From: Chrysomallon squamiferum
Lineage: Eukaryota; Animalia; Mollusca
DNA length: 64,000 bases
Assembly: GCA_012295275.1 (NCBI GenBank)
Contig: CM022668.1
Location: 868,001 to 932,000, forward strand
Direction: 5' to 3'
Below, in pieces: positions 1 through 29,400 of the stretch; positions within the stretch are counted from its first letter, which is position 1; each line of letters begins with the position of its first letter. A program made the position numbers and the translations under genes. Under the pieces are notes generated by a model, which saw only the letters and a list, made by a program, of their open reading frames with translations, had not been told where the DNA came from and made no database searches.

Positions 1-15783
<15,783 letters not shown>

Positions 15784-18700
15784 TTTGTTAATTTTTGGTA
15801 TTTATCTAGCTGGAAAGAAACAAAATAATAAAGAAAAAATTATCAATTTATAAACTTAAGAAAGGAAAGAAAGTTTTTGTTTACAAAAAGAACTAAACAC
15901 TTTTATATATATTTATAAAGAGTCATACATTTGGTTATGTACCATAAACATCTACAAAGACAATAAGAGATATATATCATTTTAATTTGTTACTATTTTA
16001 AGTACAGATAAATGATATAACTGGAAATAAGATTAATAAAGTTTTATAAAAATAATAAAATATAAATGTTCATGATGATTGTAAATAAATTAATTATCTA
16101 TCCAAACAAATCTGTTTTCTTCTTTACTCATGTTATAAAAATAAAACATTTAAAGATCAGTATTAATTTCACTTTAAATATTACATAACAATTTAAATAT
16201 AAATATAATAGAGACCACCATTTATAGACAGTTGTTTTTAAATCATGTTCATATATCAGTTTCTTTAACCTGTATTATATTTTTGATAATTATTATTTTT
16301 TTGTTTTTAATAATTAATTCAACAAAACTGATGAAAAAGAGAAGAGTAAATCAACTTCTTATCAAACTTTCAAACATCTTAACTGGTAAATTTGATCACA
16401 TTGCTCTAATATTAAAACCTTTTTAATGTAATGAAATAATATATAAAATATTACACTTCTTTATTTTGAGGGTGTATTTCTTTTCAATTAATGGAAATAA
16501 ATATTCGGATATTAAATTATTCTATATACAACACTGACCATTTGTATAGACTTCTACATGTTTTATTTTAATCTTTATTAATATTAATTAACTTCTTCAA
16601 CATACAACACTTATTTCATTCTGACTGAGAAAAAAAATCCAGTTTGCCATTTAACTCTTTTTTCTTCATCTACATACCATCTAGTCTGTTAAATCAAATC
16701 TGGAACTCAACCACAGTAGACAAATTAACAGTTAGTTTTAATTAATAATTAATTATTATCAAATATTTATAAATCTGACCATTAAACATGTGTAGAGTAA
16801 ATTAATGTTCATTTTCATCTCTAGCCAAGATGTTATTTCAAACAACTAACTGGTGACTGGTATGGTAACTTAACCTAGAAGATTAGTATGTATTATTTTC
16901 TATTAATTATTGCTAAATTAACAATTATTTTATTTATATATTTGTAATGTAAACTTATCTTACACGTATTTTAATTATCACAAATATATAGGTTCCCAAA
17001 TTGTGCATTCTGAAATCAGGAAAAAGCCCCCAGACTTGGTCAGAACCAAGCAAATTTCCGACCTCATTAAGTGATTAACAGTCCCACTACCTGACATTAT
17101 TTTGCCAAATTGCTGCTGCAGCTTCATTGTACGGTGCAGATCCATGATTTGCACTTTGTTTCTGGAACTGGTAGACTTTATTATATTGTTTTGCAGTGAA
17201 AGTATGCTCCCACCCTGACATGTAATTTATATGTACCGTATATTAAAATTCCAAGAGTAACAAGCTTGGGAAGTTCAACCAGTACAATAATATCTGTATG
17301 GGGTTTTTTATGGGTTATTTTCTCAGTGGACATGAAATTTATGGTGCAGATGTTTATTCTTATGCCAGTTAAATATCTTTCCAGTTAATAATAGATATTT
17401 TTGGGATATAGGTGCATTTTCAGTCATTTTTATAATGTATATGCTGTTTGTAATATTGTGGACCATCCAGAAGCTTGTGTTAAATAATGTTAAATATATT
17501 GTTATAGAACCATATATGTTGTATTTTGTAAATTATGTTGCACGCACAGATGTGTATATTATGTGTGTGTGTGTCTATTTGTATTGTAATTTGTACTTTG
17601 TTACAGTTGAGATGTCACATGTGATGATATGTGACATCTGTTGTATGTAGAAACAGGCATAATCATTATTTGTTGCAGTTCACAGTTAGTTTTATAAAAT
17701 GAACTCTTGTTAACAGTAAGAGTGCTAATTTACAAATTAATAAAACACTTCAAAACAAACACAATTAAAGTTTTATGTTTTCAAACTATTTCAGTCATAT
17801 CAGTTTAATATTTTATAATGCTTACTGCATATGTTTTTGTTTATTTTATTTTTGTTTCCTTCATAATTATGTAAACATGCAACTGCTGTTACATTGTCTG
17901 TGTTACTAAGCTGGATGCCATTTCAGATTAAATCTTTTCTGGATATGATCTATGTAATTATAGGCTACAGATGTTCCACATTATAAATATAATTCATGCA
18001 ACTGTAATTGAACATTTGTCAACACTTTTACAGTTAGCACAGTGTTAATCTTAAAACACAAAAGTTAGGCAGTTAAAACCTTGATCATAAAACACTGATC
18101 ACAATTAACAACTTACTTTTTATTTACTTTAATATTTTATAAATTTTGTTTTCATCTTGCTGAACTTATTTTTATTTACTTAGGGTTTTTTTAGGTTTTT
18201 TTTATCCTTCCAAAGAAGATTGATATTTTTGATGTCTCTAAAATGGCTTTTTGGACTAATTTTTAAATAAATATGGTCAAAAGTGAGATACTCCCTACCA
18301 TCCATATGACAGTATTATGAGTATGTTAATATCTATCACAAAGAAAATATATCCCTAGAAATTTTGAAAGATAATTTACTGTTAATTCCCACTCCTTTTT
18401 TACGTCTGATAAATTTATATATCGAACTAATTGAAAGACTACAATAAATACATGACATCCCCAAAGAGGCCTCAAATTAATAGACCGAATTCCTACAAAA
18501 CAATATTTTTACAAATTTTTTATTACTTACGTTATACTCCAGCCGCTACATATAAATGACGAAGAACCAGTCAAGAATTAATCACTGTTACAAGACTTGC
18601 AATATTTTCTGTATAGACATTTTATACGTAAGAAAAAAGAATGATGTCGTTAGAAAACATTATCCAAAAGAACATTACCTGTTTATTAATCACACAGACA

Positions 18701-18799
18701 TAACAACAGCAATATTTAATACTCACGACAGTTATGCTTACTAAAACATGTGACCATTCATGTCAGCAGACAAACATTAACATGTGGCGCTTATGACTC

Positions 18800-19764
18800 G
18801 AATACAAAATTATTAATAAACTAGTTTCTGTTCGGTGATTATGTTATGTTAATATGGTTTTTAATGAGTTTCTTTCAAATATTAACATAGTAGACTAACT
18901 TACCACCTTTTGGGGGGATACACCGGATGATCGACACGTATGACCGAAATATAAAACGATTTCGGTTTTGTTTTGTTTCAGTGATGCAATACAACGGTAA
19001 TCGGCAATCCTGAATCCATGAATAATCAGAACATCATCCACTTTTCGGAAAACATCGGTTTATGCCGGAACATTTAATAAGTAATCAATAGAACTCGACA
19101 AAGGCGTATCTTTTAGGAAACTAAAGAAGCCAAAGCTTCACGATCCCTAAAGCGACTTTAGTTGTTATTGATTCAGAATTGTAAACCAAATCGCATATGT
19201 CGTGGTTAAATTTTAAAAAGATTTATACATTATACTTTATAAGTTTATAGTGATCAGTCATCGAACAAACCGACTTAAGAATATAACAGAGGTTAACATG
19301 ATCTCGTTGCAGCTTGCGAAGGGTCCCGAACAGTTCTAGCTTCAGGGCCTCAAAATTGTAGGTCCGCCACTGGAACTAGATATACACTCTAATTATTATT
19401 TCACTTTGCGTATTCTGCGTCGTCGACAAACGTAAAAAGCCCCTAGATTATAGACCCGTTATAAATGCATTTTAGTTTCTTGTCGTAATATTAAAATTTA
19501 AAAATAATTGTCACGAAAAGGTAAATATTGCTAATTACTAACAATTTTCAATCATTTTTATGGTTGGTGAGGAGTGCACGGGGAAATGATTGTGCCAACA
19601 GATAATTATATGGTGAAAAAAAAGGTTACTATAAAGTAAAAGGGTACTCTTAAGATTGGAGGGGAAATCTTTTTACACTTAGAAGAAAGATATATGTACT
19701 TCTGAATATCATAAATGCACTAACATTAACAATAAAAACTGTTGAAAGATTTCGTTCGTTTTAA

Positions 19765-19815
<51 letters not shown>

Positions 19816-20060
19816 GTGTTAATTTGTTAATTTTATTTCTTTTATTGGTGGAACCTTTGCTCGGAATACAAAATTAAAAATAAAAATAATAATAAAACCC
19901 TGGAAATTAACAATAACAAAGACAGCGTCTGCGACCGATTCTTTTACAACTGAATCGCCCCGTTATATACATTTTCAGGTAGATAGTGCAATGTGAGGGG
20001 AAACAGTCGTTACAGTGAAAATCTTGTTTTCACACGTTTGATTTATTCTTGTCGTGCGAT
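18800..20060. promoter_or_regulatory. CpG-retaining divergent promoter region for CPS (-) and NPEPPS (+), with a probable non-coding CPS first exon ending at 18904
   Basis: CG dinucleotides are visibly denser than in the CpG-depleted gene bodies. A minus-strand donor GTG|GTAAGT lies at 18904. Both first coding exons are preceded by acceptors (about 15810 on -, 20378 on +), so upstream UTR exons are expected here. Confidence 0.6.
19767..19815. repeat. (TTA)n microsatellite
   Basis: Direct reading. Confidence 0.9.
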
Positions 20061-20407
20061 TTTTGGATGTATTTTTTAAAATTACTTTCTTCTCTGATTC
20101 ATTTTTTTTAAAGAAAATGATTTTAAATATTCATATTTGAAAATAATATAATATGAAACTTAACTTTTCTCGCTTTTTCACAGTTTAAGAGAAAAATATG
20201 TGCAATAGTAGTTGAATTACTAAAAAAAATAGTACTATAAGACTGAGTATGGAATTTGACTTGAAATTCAGTGTTTGAAACTGAATCCTAAATATCAACA
20301 AAATTAAAAATAACAACAAAATATGTATTTATGTTTGCTTATTCAAAAAACCAGTATATCTTTTTCGAATATTTACAGAAACATTTGGTACTTTTATCGA
20401 GTATAAA

Positions 20408-23400
20408 ATGCCTGAAAAGAAACCTTTTGCAAGATTACCTACCGATGTTGTACCAACAAATTACAACATCAGGCTGAAGCCGGACCTTAAAACATTCACA
20501 TTTGATGGCTGGGAAGAAATTGATGTCCAGGTAAAGTATTTGTATGAAATTTAGTTTAGTTGTACTCCCATAATATTAATAATGTTTGAAATGATTCGAA
20601 AATGTTAATGGGTCATTCCGTGTCAAATCACCCAAAAAAAAAAGAAATTTAAACCCGACCGTCTCAGATTTTTATGAAACTTGGTATACTTGTTGACTGG
20701 GATCCCACAGCACCAAATCTGAAATATTTGCCCAATCAGACCAGTGGTGTGGGAGATACGGCCCATGGAATATTGAGATTTTTGCCAAAAATGGGTGTGA
20801 CCACCAACCTTAGAACCCTCATATCTCAGGAACTACTTGGCCAATCTTCATAAAATTGGTATTGTTAGAAAGGCAAAATGACAAGGATACCAAATCTGCC
20901 ATTTTTGTTTAGTTTGGAAAATATTGGAGTACCTTGACCTTTTGACCTTTGCTATGACCTTGAAATTGACCGTGTGGATCACGTGATCTTGAGATGACCT
21001 TTATTGAAATTTAATCTCCCACATGTTAACTAAAACATATAAAAGTTTCCTGGGTGTAATATTTTTTGTTTAGCCACAATATAGATTTAAAAAATGCACA
21101 TACATGAAAATAACACGTTTTCAGCCATTAACATCTGATTAACTAAAAATCTGAGACGGTCGGGTTTAAACCATTGGGTGATTTGACATGGAATGACCCT
21201 AATGTAAAAAATTTATGTGCTTGGATCTTGTAGTTATTATTAAATCATATGTAAATGTGGTAGCATGTATTCAGTTTTGTCACCTGGAAATAATAGTTCA
21301 GTTAGAAAATAGCTGATTATTTATTCTAAGTTTATGCTATGAGTCTGACATTCACATTCACGTGACATTGTTATTTGTTATTTACAAAATGTACTTTTGT
21401 TTAGGTCAAAACTGCTACAAGTTCAGTGATACTGAATTCTGCCAACATTAACATTTTAAATGCAACTTTCCAAGAGGGAGGTAATCAAAATAGTTTTGGT
21501 ACAATCCACTGTCTGTGTGTTTGTGTTTGTATGGTTTTTTTTTTTTTTGTAAAAAGATAATGATAAAATTTGTCTGTAACTTTTTGCAGTTACCACATCA
21601 TGTATAATTTATATATATATATACATATTAATTATTACAGATGACCTTTCATTTGTTCAAAAAATACCTTGCAGTTTATTATAAGATTATATAACAGAAT
21701 TAAGTGCTGACAGAATATATGAAATAACACATAAACTATATTTTCATAAATATCCTCATATATAAACAAGTTTTTCTTCAACTAAAAATGGAGCATTTAC
21801 TCAACTTTGTGTTGTACAGAATATGTTTTTCAACCTCTTTGTAGTTTTTACTATGTCCAGCAGGATCATAATATGGTGTAGCTGTCTTCACAAGTGCCTT
21901 GTATATAATTTTCAATTTAGGTGGAGGAGATAGCAGTTTGAAGGGTGAAATATCATATCAAAAAGATGATGAAAAAGTTACCTTTACCTTTTCACAACTA
22001 CTGCAGGTTTCTACTTTAATTTTAATTTTTATTTCATTGTATTAAAAGAAAGTACCGTCTGCATGGCTCCTAAAAAAATTTAAATTACTAATTAAATTCA
22101 TAACTTACAGAAATCAATTAATATCATTAGTTTTCATAATACACTTTGTAAAACTATAATGACTGTTAACTAATTAATGTTTTGCTTTATTATGTTTCCA
22201 ACATATTTTTCATTTATTTATTTAAATAAAGACAGTTGTTAAAGATGAAAAAATCTGGCAAAATAACAAACACTTTGATTTGTAACAATTATAAGTTTAT
22301 AAATATATTAATACTAATTGTAATAATAAACCTGTTTTGCAGATTTACATGTTTGAAGAATATCTCAAATGATAGATCAAACTGAATTTTTAAATATTTT
22401 TGAAAGGTTTGTACAGTAGACCATGTGAAAAAGAAATATTACCAAATTGAAAAAATTAATTCATTTGTTTGTTTTTTCAGCCTGGAACTGGTATTTTGAA
22501 GCTATCATTTACTGGAGAACTCAATGACAAAATGAAAGGTTTCTACAGAAGCAAGTATAAGACTTCTGAAGGAGAGGATTGCTATGCAGCTGTTACACAG
22601 TTTGAGGTGATCTATATTAATTTTAGCACTGAGTTAGATTTAGTGTTTTTCTGTAATCTCCAATGATATGTTGCCATCACCACAAAAACTGACAAAAATC
22701 TGTTATAAATTGTTACTGAATTTATAAAATAATATTTACCAAGCAAAACTGTAATAACATATAATGTAATAAGTTGAGATTATCAAAGGTGTTATTAATG
22801 TATTTTGTGTTGATACTTTTTGTTATTAGGTACAAAAAAATACATTTTATATGTTTTACACACACATTTTAGCAGCAGGTGTGTAATGGGATAGAAATCA
22901 CAGATCTTTTGCTTTTTAAATTGTTGATGAATAAACTTAAGAATCATGTTGATTAAAGACTTTACACTTTTGACCCAACAAGGTGTGTATGTTTGGAGAG
23001 GGTACGCAAGAATAAAACACTTTTTACAACATTAAGCTATGTAAAAACTTGTGACTGAAGTTTGCCATTTTCAATAATGTGAATACCATTGTCGTGTTTG
23101 CTTCATCCTTTGTCCTCATAATATCTGTTTCAGTGAGTGCTGATTGTTATTTTGCTATTAAAAACATTTATAAATTAAAGTATACTAGCCACTTTAAACT
23201 ATATTATAGATGCATCTTTAAGTATTCAACCCATTTTTTATTTATTACTGAAAAAATGAGTTGTTTGAGAATTTTTTAATGAATTTTGTGTATGATTTTT
23301 AGTCAAATTTTGTGAAATGATTTTTTTTGGACATTTCAAACCAAAAAAAAATGTTTTTGTGTTCATTTCAGTTAAGAATGATAGTTAATGAGAACAAAAA

Positions 23401-26400
23401 GTACCTATTGCAGTACAGGTTGTATCTAGGCTGTATTTATAAATTACATCTGACTGGTTTTTCTATCCCACCTCATGTATTATTCTTTATTTATTTTTTT
23501 TCACTTTTAGGCAACTGATGCTAGACAGGCTTTTCCTTGCTGGGATGAGCCGGCAATAAAAGCAACATTTAACATTACCTTGGTGGTTCCAAAAAATAAA
23601 GTGGCACTTTCAAACATGGTAGGTTTGCATGAAGACTGCTTTTTTAAAAACAATCTTTATTTCATTTAATAGATATTATCTTTTTCAAAGATTGAATGGT
23701 GTTATCTGTTTATAGGATCAATAGAAGTTTCAATGTGTGTTTCTGCACACATATAAAAACTATTCTCTTTACAGTTTTTAATTTTGGTGGGATTTCAAAC
23801 ATCCTTTTAAGAACATTAACAAAAATAGTCTTCTTATGAATACAATTATGATCTATAGAATAACAATTTTGAAAGATTGTATTGATTGTGTCTAGATTAG
23901 TGTTTACAAATGGGGTGTACTCCATGCAAAATAAATAAATTATTAAATAAAATATGACTTGAGAGATTAGGGTAGGGACAGCCACAAAAACATTTGAAAC
24001 CACTGGTTTATTTTGTCATGATTTGGATTATTTGTTAGTAATCAATTCTAATTTATGGGTTAAACACTTTATCCTTAGTAAATCAGTTTATTTATTATTC
24101 AAAACTTTTATTTAATTTATAATTACACTATTGTCTAACCTCAGAAATAAAAAATATCGTCTGGAAGCTAATGGTGTAATTTCTAAATATTTGGATGTCA
24201 TGTAACTTGAATCTCTAGACTGTATCAATTACAGAATTTTTTTTTTTTTCAGCCAGTGAAATCAGAAGGCACTGATAAAGACTCTGAATATCGTGTAGTA
24301 ACTTATGAACGTACACCCATCATGTCAACCTATCTGATTGCATTCATAGTAGGTGACTATGACTACTTAGAAGGTAAAGATGCTGATGGAGTTGTTGTTC
24401 GTGTCTACACACCAGTAGGAAAAAAAGAACAGGGACAGTTTGCCCTTGATGTAAGTCTATTTGATAGAAAAGATTTTATTTTTTAAATAATGATTATGGA
24501 AACTGTATGTTTGTCCCTTATTTTACGATTTATTTGAAAAAAATCATGAAGAACATATCTGATTATTAGTATCATATTTACATTTGTATACAATTTTCAG
24601 ATGATCTGATTGACTGTTTTTATTTACAGTTGATTGCAATTTTTCTCTGTCTTGGATATTATCATGAAACTAACAGTTATGCATAACACGGTCATGAGAT
24701 CACATAAATTGAATGCTTAAATGTTGGCATTTACCAGTGACAGCAAATAGTATATCAAAAAAGTAATCCACAACAACTGGCCAGGGTTTTTCACAGGAGA
24801 AATTAACAAATTTAATTGTTATATATATATTTTTTTCTAAACGCTGAAGATTGAAGCAGTATGAATATTTTTTCGCCCCTACAGTAAAAAAAAAAAAAAA
24901 AAAAAAAAATGCTTTAGTTGTTGCTCTTTCTCTAATTTTGTTTATTTAATTGATTAATAAATAAATAAATTTAATTTTCCAAATACTTTTTTTTTTCTTT
25001 TCTGATTACATTTTAATTTCATTTACTGTTAAGTACTTGACATTTGTTTTTGTAATTTCATTATTAGTATTTTTATGAACGGAAAATAGTCAAAATCAGT
25101 TGATAATTTTATTAGTTTATTATTTGGATTTAATTCATTTAATATTATGAAGGCTTACAATTTATTGTAATATACACACAGAGAAGCTGATTATACATAT
25201 AACTAGTTCCATATTTTATTCATAATTTTAAAAATATTGTTTTAGGTTGCAGTGAAAACACTTCCTTTTTACAAGAATTATTTTGGAATTGCCTACCCTC
25301 TTCCTAAAATGGATCTAATAGCTTTAGCAGATTTTGCTGCAGGTAAGTTATAAGAAATCTTTGTTTTAACTGTCTGATTTTAATTGAGAAGTATTATGTT
25401 ACCTTTTTATATTTCTGGAATTATAATTTAATTTCCCAAAAAGGTTTCTCTTGTTATATTGTTTCTAATATTTTCTATCATTATATCTAAAGTGCTTCAA
25501 TCACATTATAATTTATGATATAATATTATTTATTTAATATAGCTTATTTTAAATTTCTTAAACAGTTTTTTGTCTAAATAATATTTCTGTTAAGGTGCTA
25601 TGGAAAACTGGGGGTTAGTGACATACCGAGAAACAGCACTGCTTGTTGATCCAGAACATTCCTCAGCCAAGATAAAGCAGTGGGTGGCACTGGTAGTTGG
25701 CCACGAACTGGCACATCAGTGGTTTGGAAACCTTGTCACAATGGTACAGAGTTTGTGCTATTTGATTTTCTACTAGTAAAAATGATTATCCTGCATAAAT
25801 CTCTCAAGTCTTTAATTAGAACATACTTCAAATAAAGCTTTCAGGCAAAATCCACTTCAGCAGATACACGTTTTACGGTCAGTGTGTTGCCAAATAATAA
25901 ACTGTCCTTGACTAATAACATAAGTCATATTTTATCTTCTATATTTGGGAAATAAATACAGTAGGTCATATTTTGTCAGTATAATTACAGCTAATGCATA
26001 ATGTAAAATTATTAAGGAATGGTGGACTCACCTGTGGCTGAATGAGGGCTTTGCATCATGGATTGAGTACCTTTGTGTGGACCAGTGTTTTCCAGAGTAT
26101 GACATCTGGACACAGTTTGTTAATCAGGATTTAGGGCGAGCTTTAGAGCTTGATGCACTTCACAACAGTCACCCCATTGAGGTAATTCTGTTTAATACTC
26201 ATTTATATTCAATTTTTAAAAATGGAAACAAATTGTCCAGTAACTGGAAGTTTAGAATATCTTGTTACAATATTATTTCAAGTTTAAGTGCTTTTATTTT
26301 CATTCTTTTGTTTTCTTCAGGTTCCTGTAGGGCACCCTTCAGAAGTTGATGAAATCTTTGATGCCATCTCATACAGCAAGGGCTCTTCTGTCATCAGAAT

Positions 26401-29400
26401 GCTCTATGACTTTATTGGTGATAAGGTATGTGTATATATTTATCTTTTATTCTTGTATTGTAATAAGAATTCCTTCTCATTCCAAATACAATCTTTGTAA
26501 GTTATTTAACAGGAAAGAATGCTCTATGACTTTCATTCCAAATACAATCTTTGTAAGTTATTTAACAGGAAAGAATGCTCTATGACTTTATTGGTGATAA
26601 GGTATGTGTATATATTTATCTTTTATTCTTGTATTGTAATAAGAATTCCTTCTCATTCCAAATACAATCTTTGTAAGTTATTTAACAGGAAAGATCATGT
26701 TATACAGTAGTTTGACATTTTATTACCATACTGTACTGTATTTTATGCAGTTTACATTATAGCCACACATTACTTCAAACATTTATGGTAAATGCCCAAC
26801 AGTTTATACAGGTTTTTATGAAGTGGTCACATGTTAATTACTAATTAATTGTGGTGTTTTTGTATTTATATGTAATATATCTAAAAAGACACTTTTTTTA
26901 GTTTATTTCTGATTTTTTAATTATTTACTGTTGTACTTGCTATTTCCTTTTTCTTACAATTTGGGTCAGAAACAGTGCAGCCAAACCTTCACATGTTCAG
27001 TTGTGAAGTCATTCTGTGAAAAACTGACATTTTCATACAAACCCAAGTACTGCTAGTACTGATATGCATGCACAGTTTTGAGGATGTGACACACATTCTT
27101 AAATACAATGCTGGTTGTCCAAAATACAATAAAACATCATACTAACAGAAGTGGCTTATTGATTATGTGAAATTGATAAGAAAATTCATATGCAATTAAA
27201 GCCATTGTAGTAGAAAAAAAGGTAGCAGGTTATATGCCACAACACTTGTAGTTAACCTACTTTTCTTACAGCAAGTGCAGAAATAAAACACAGATTATTT
27301 ATTAGTTCATAGTTCTTAAATTGGAATTTTCTTTTATACAGAGGAATCTGTCTTTGTCAAATAACATTATTTTTATTTTTTTTTAAATCTATTAGTAATT
27401 TTTTTTACAAGCCTTATAAGTTTGTGATCTATCTGTTATTTTATTTTTATTGGTTACATTTTAGTCCCAGTTTTAAATTTGTTCAGTTAATAATTTCAGG
27501 ACTTCAGGGCAGGTATGAATGCTTATTTGACCAAGCATCAATATAAAAATGCTTGCACTGAAGATCTCTGGAATGCACTGGAGGAGGCAAGTAAGAAACC
27601 AGTAGCAGCTATGATGACAACATGGACAAAACAGATGGGGTTTCCAGTATTGAAGGTGAATGAATCATTAATTCTTAATAAATTATCATTATTATTACTA
27701 TTATTATTATTTTATTATTATTTTTTTTTTTTAAATCATTATTTTCATTTAAGGTCATTCTTTCTTTCTAGATCTGATATTTGGAAATCTAATTCATTCA
27801 TATAATGCTTATGAAAATTGAGAAATCCATAGAAAGAATTGAAATGGAAGAAATATTTTATAATTTCTAGAGCTGTTCTTTGTTTTAAGTTATACAACTA
27901 AAATAAACCAATGAAGATGCATCATTTCAGTCTTCTTAATTATTTGTCATTTTTTTACAAAGTACAGTTTATCTTCATGGTTAAATATCAGTATTTATGT
28001 TAACAGGTTACTGCTTCCCAGGAAGGTGATAAAAGAATTCTTAATATATCTCAGCAGAAATTCTGTGCTGATGGAATTTTGCCACCTGGTTAGTTTTCCA
28101 TTCATTATGAAAGAAAAAATCAATTACCTGAAAATGGTGCATATAAATAATAATTAGGAAAAGTTCTTCACAGATATTTGTGAATGGAGCAGTAATTAAT
28201 TATACCTTATTTTAGATTTAGTAGTTCAAATCTGTAAACATTTTAATTAAAATTGTATTCATTAGTTTAATAATTTTTTTAAAATTATTATTGGATTATA
28301 ATTTGTTACTGTTATACAGAAAATTGGTTTCACCTATAATAATAACTATTAATTTTTATAATTAATTGAAATGTTTTCATTTTTTCATTTTGATTACAAA
28401 GTGAAGTGCCAATATTTTGTTGTAATGGTGTTACAGATTGTACCTCAAAGTGGATGGTGCCAGTCAGTGTAATTACAGCAAAGAGTCCACAAAAACCTGT
28501 CAAGACAATCATTCTTGAAGACACTTCAACTGTTGTCACTTTAGATGGAATTGATGCCAAAGACTGGATTAAGGTATACTTAATTAAAAAACATAAACAT
28601 TACGTTGCTATTATTATAACATGATAGAGATGATAAAATTTGTTGTGAGAAATAGAATTTTTTTTATTTATTTAGACATGATCTCTTATGTATAGTTTTT
28701 ATATTTCAGAAGGTTTATATTCTCTTTGTGTCTAGGAATCAAACCAACATCATTCCTTTTGTTTACTTTTGTCAGTTAACAAACAAAAATGAGTTTACAG
28801 TGATTATTATTATGTTTCAGATTAATGCAGGAACAGTTGGTGTGTATCGAGTCCAGTATACATCGGAAATGTTGGATTTGCTCATTCCTGCCATTCAGGA
28901 CCAAACTCTGCCTCCTCGAGATCGTCTTGGACTACAGAGTGATTTGTTTGCTTTAGTAAGTTTTCTAAAGATTAATATACAATAAACATTATTCTCATTT
29001 TCAAATCAGTGTAAATAATATGCAAACAATAATTGAACGTCAAAAAAGGTGGTAAGCATCATTTTTTAACAAAACTAATCATTTAACATAATTCTGCTCT
29101 AACAAGATTTGAGGTAATAAAAAAAAAAAAAATTAATTCCATGTTTCCAAATGCTGTAATAAATTTAATTTATATGTGATATTTATAATTTTGCACCACT
29201 TGTTTGAATGTATTTATTAATTTTTTTATTTATTGAGTATCAGTTAAATAGAATCCTGTTAAGCATTACTTTAGTGTTAATTACAATCATTGCATCTAGA
29301 ACACATTTTTTAATATACTAATAAAAATACTAGTATTGACTATAGACTAATAAATATTCAAATTAACATGTGAAAGCTAGAAGTTTGTACATGTATCCAA

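Noticed and set aside
17090-17214. Minus-strand candidate exon with an ATG (MDLHRTMKLQQQFGKIMS) upstream of CPS
   Set aside because: Splicing to the 15810 acceptor reaches a stop after two codons. At most a UTR exon with a uORF, and there is no independent support.
20285-20407. Open frame upstream of the NPEPPS ATG suggesting an N-terminal extension
   Set aside because: No in-frame ATG, intron-like composition, and an acceptor at 20378. An extension from an upstream exon cannot be excluded but is unsupported.
28330-28560. Minus-strand ORF antisense to NPEPPS exon 13
   Set aside because: Shadow ORF of the real exon; no homology or splice support.
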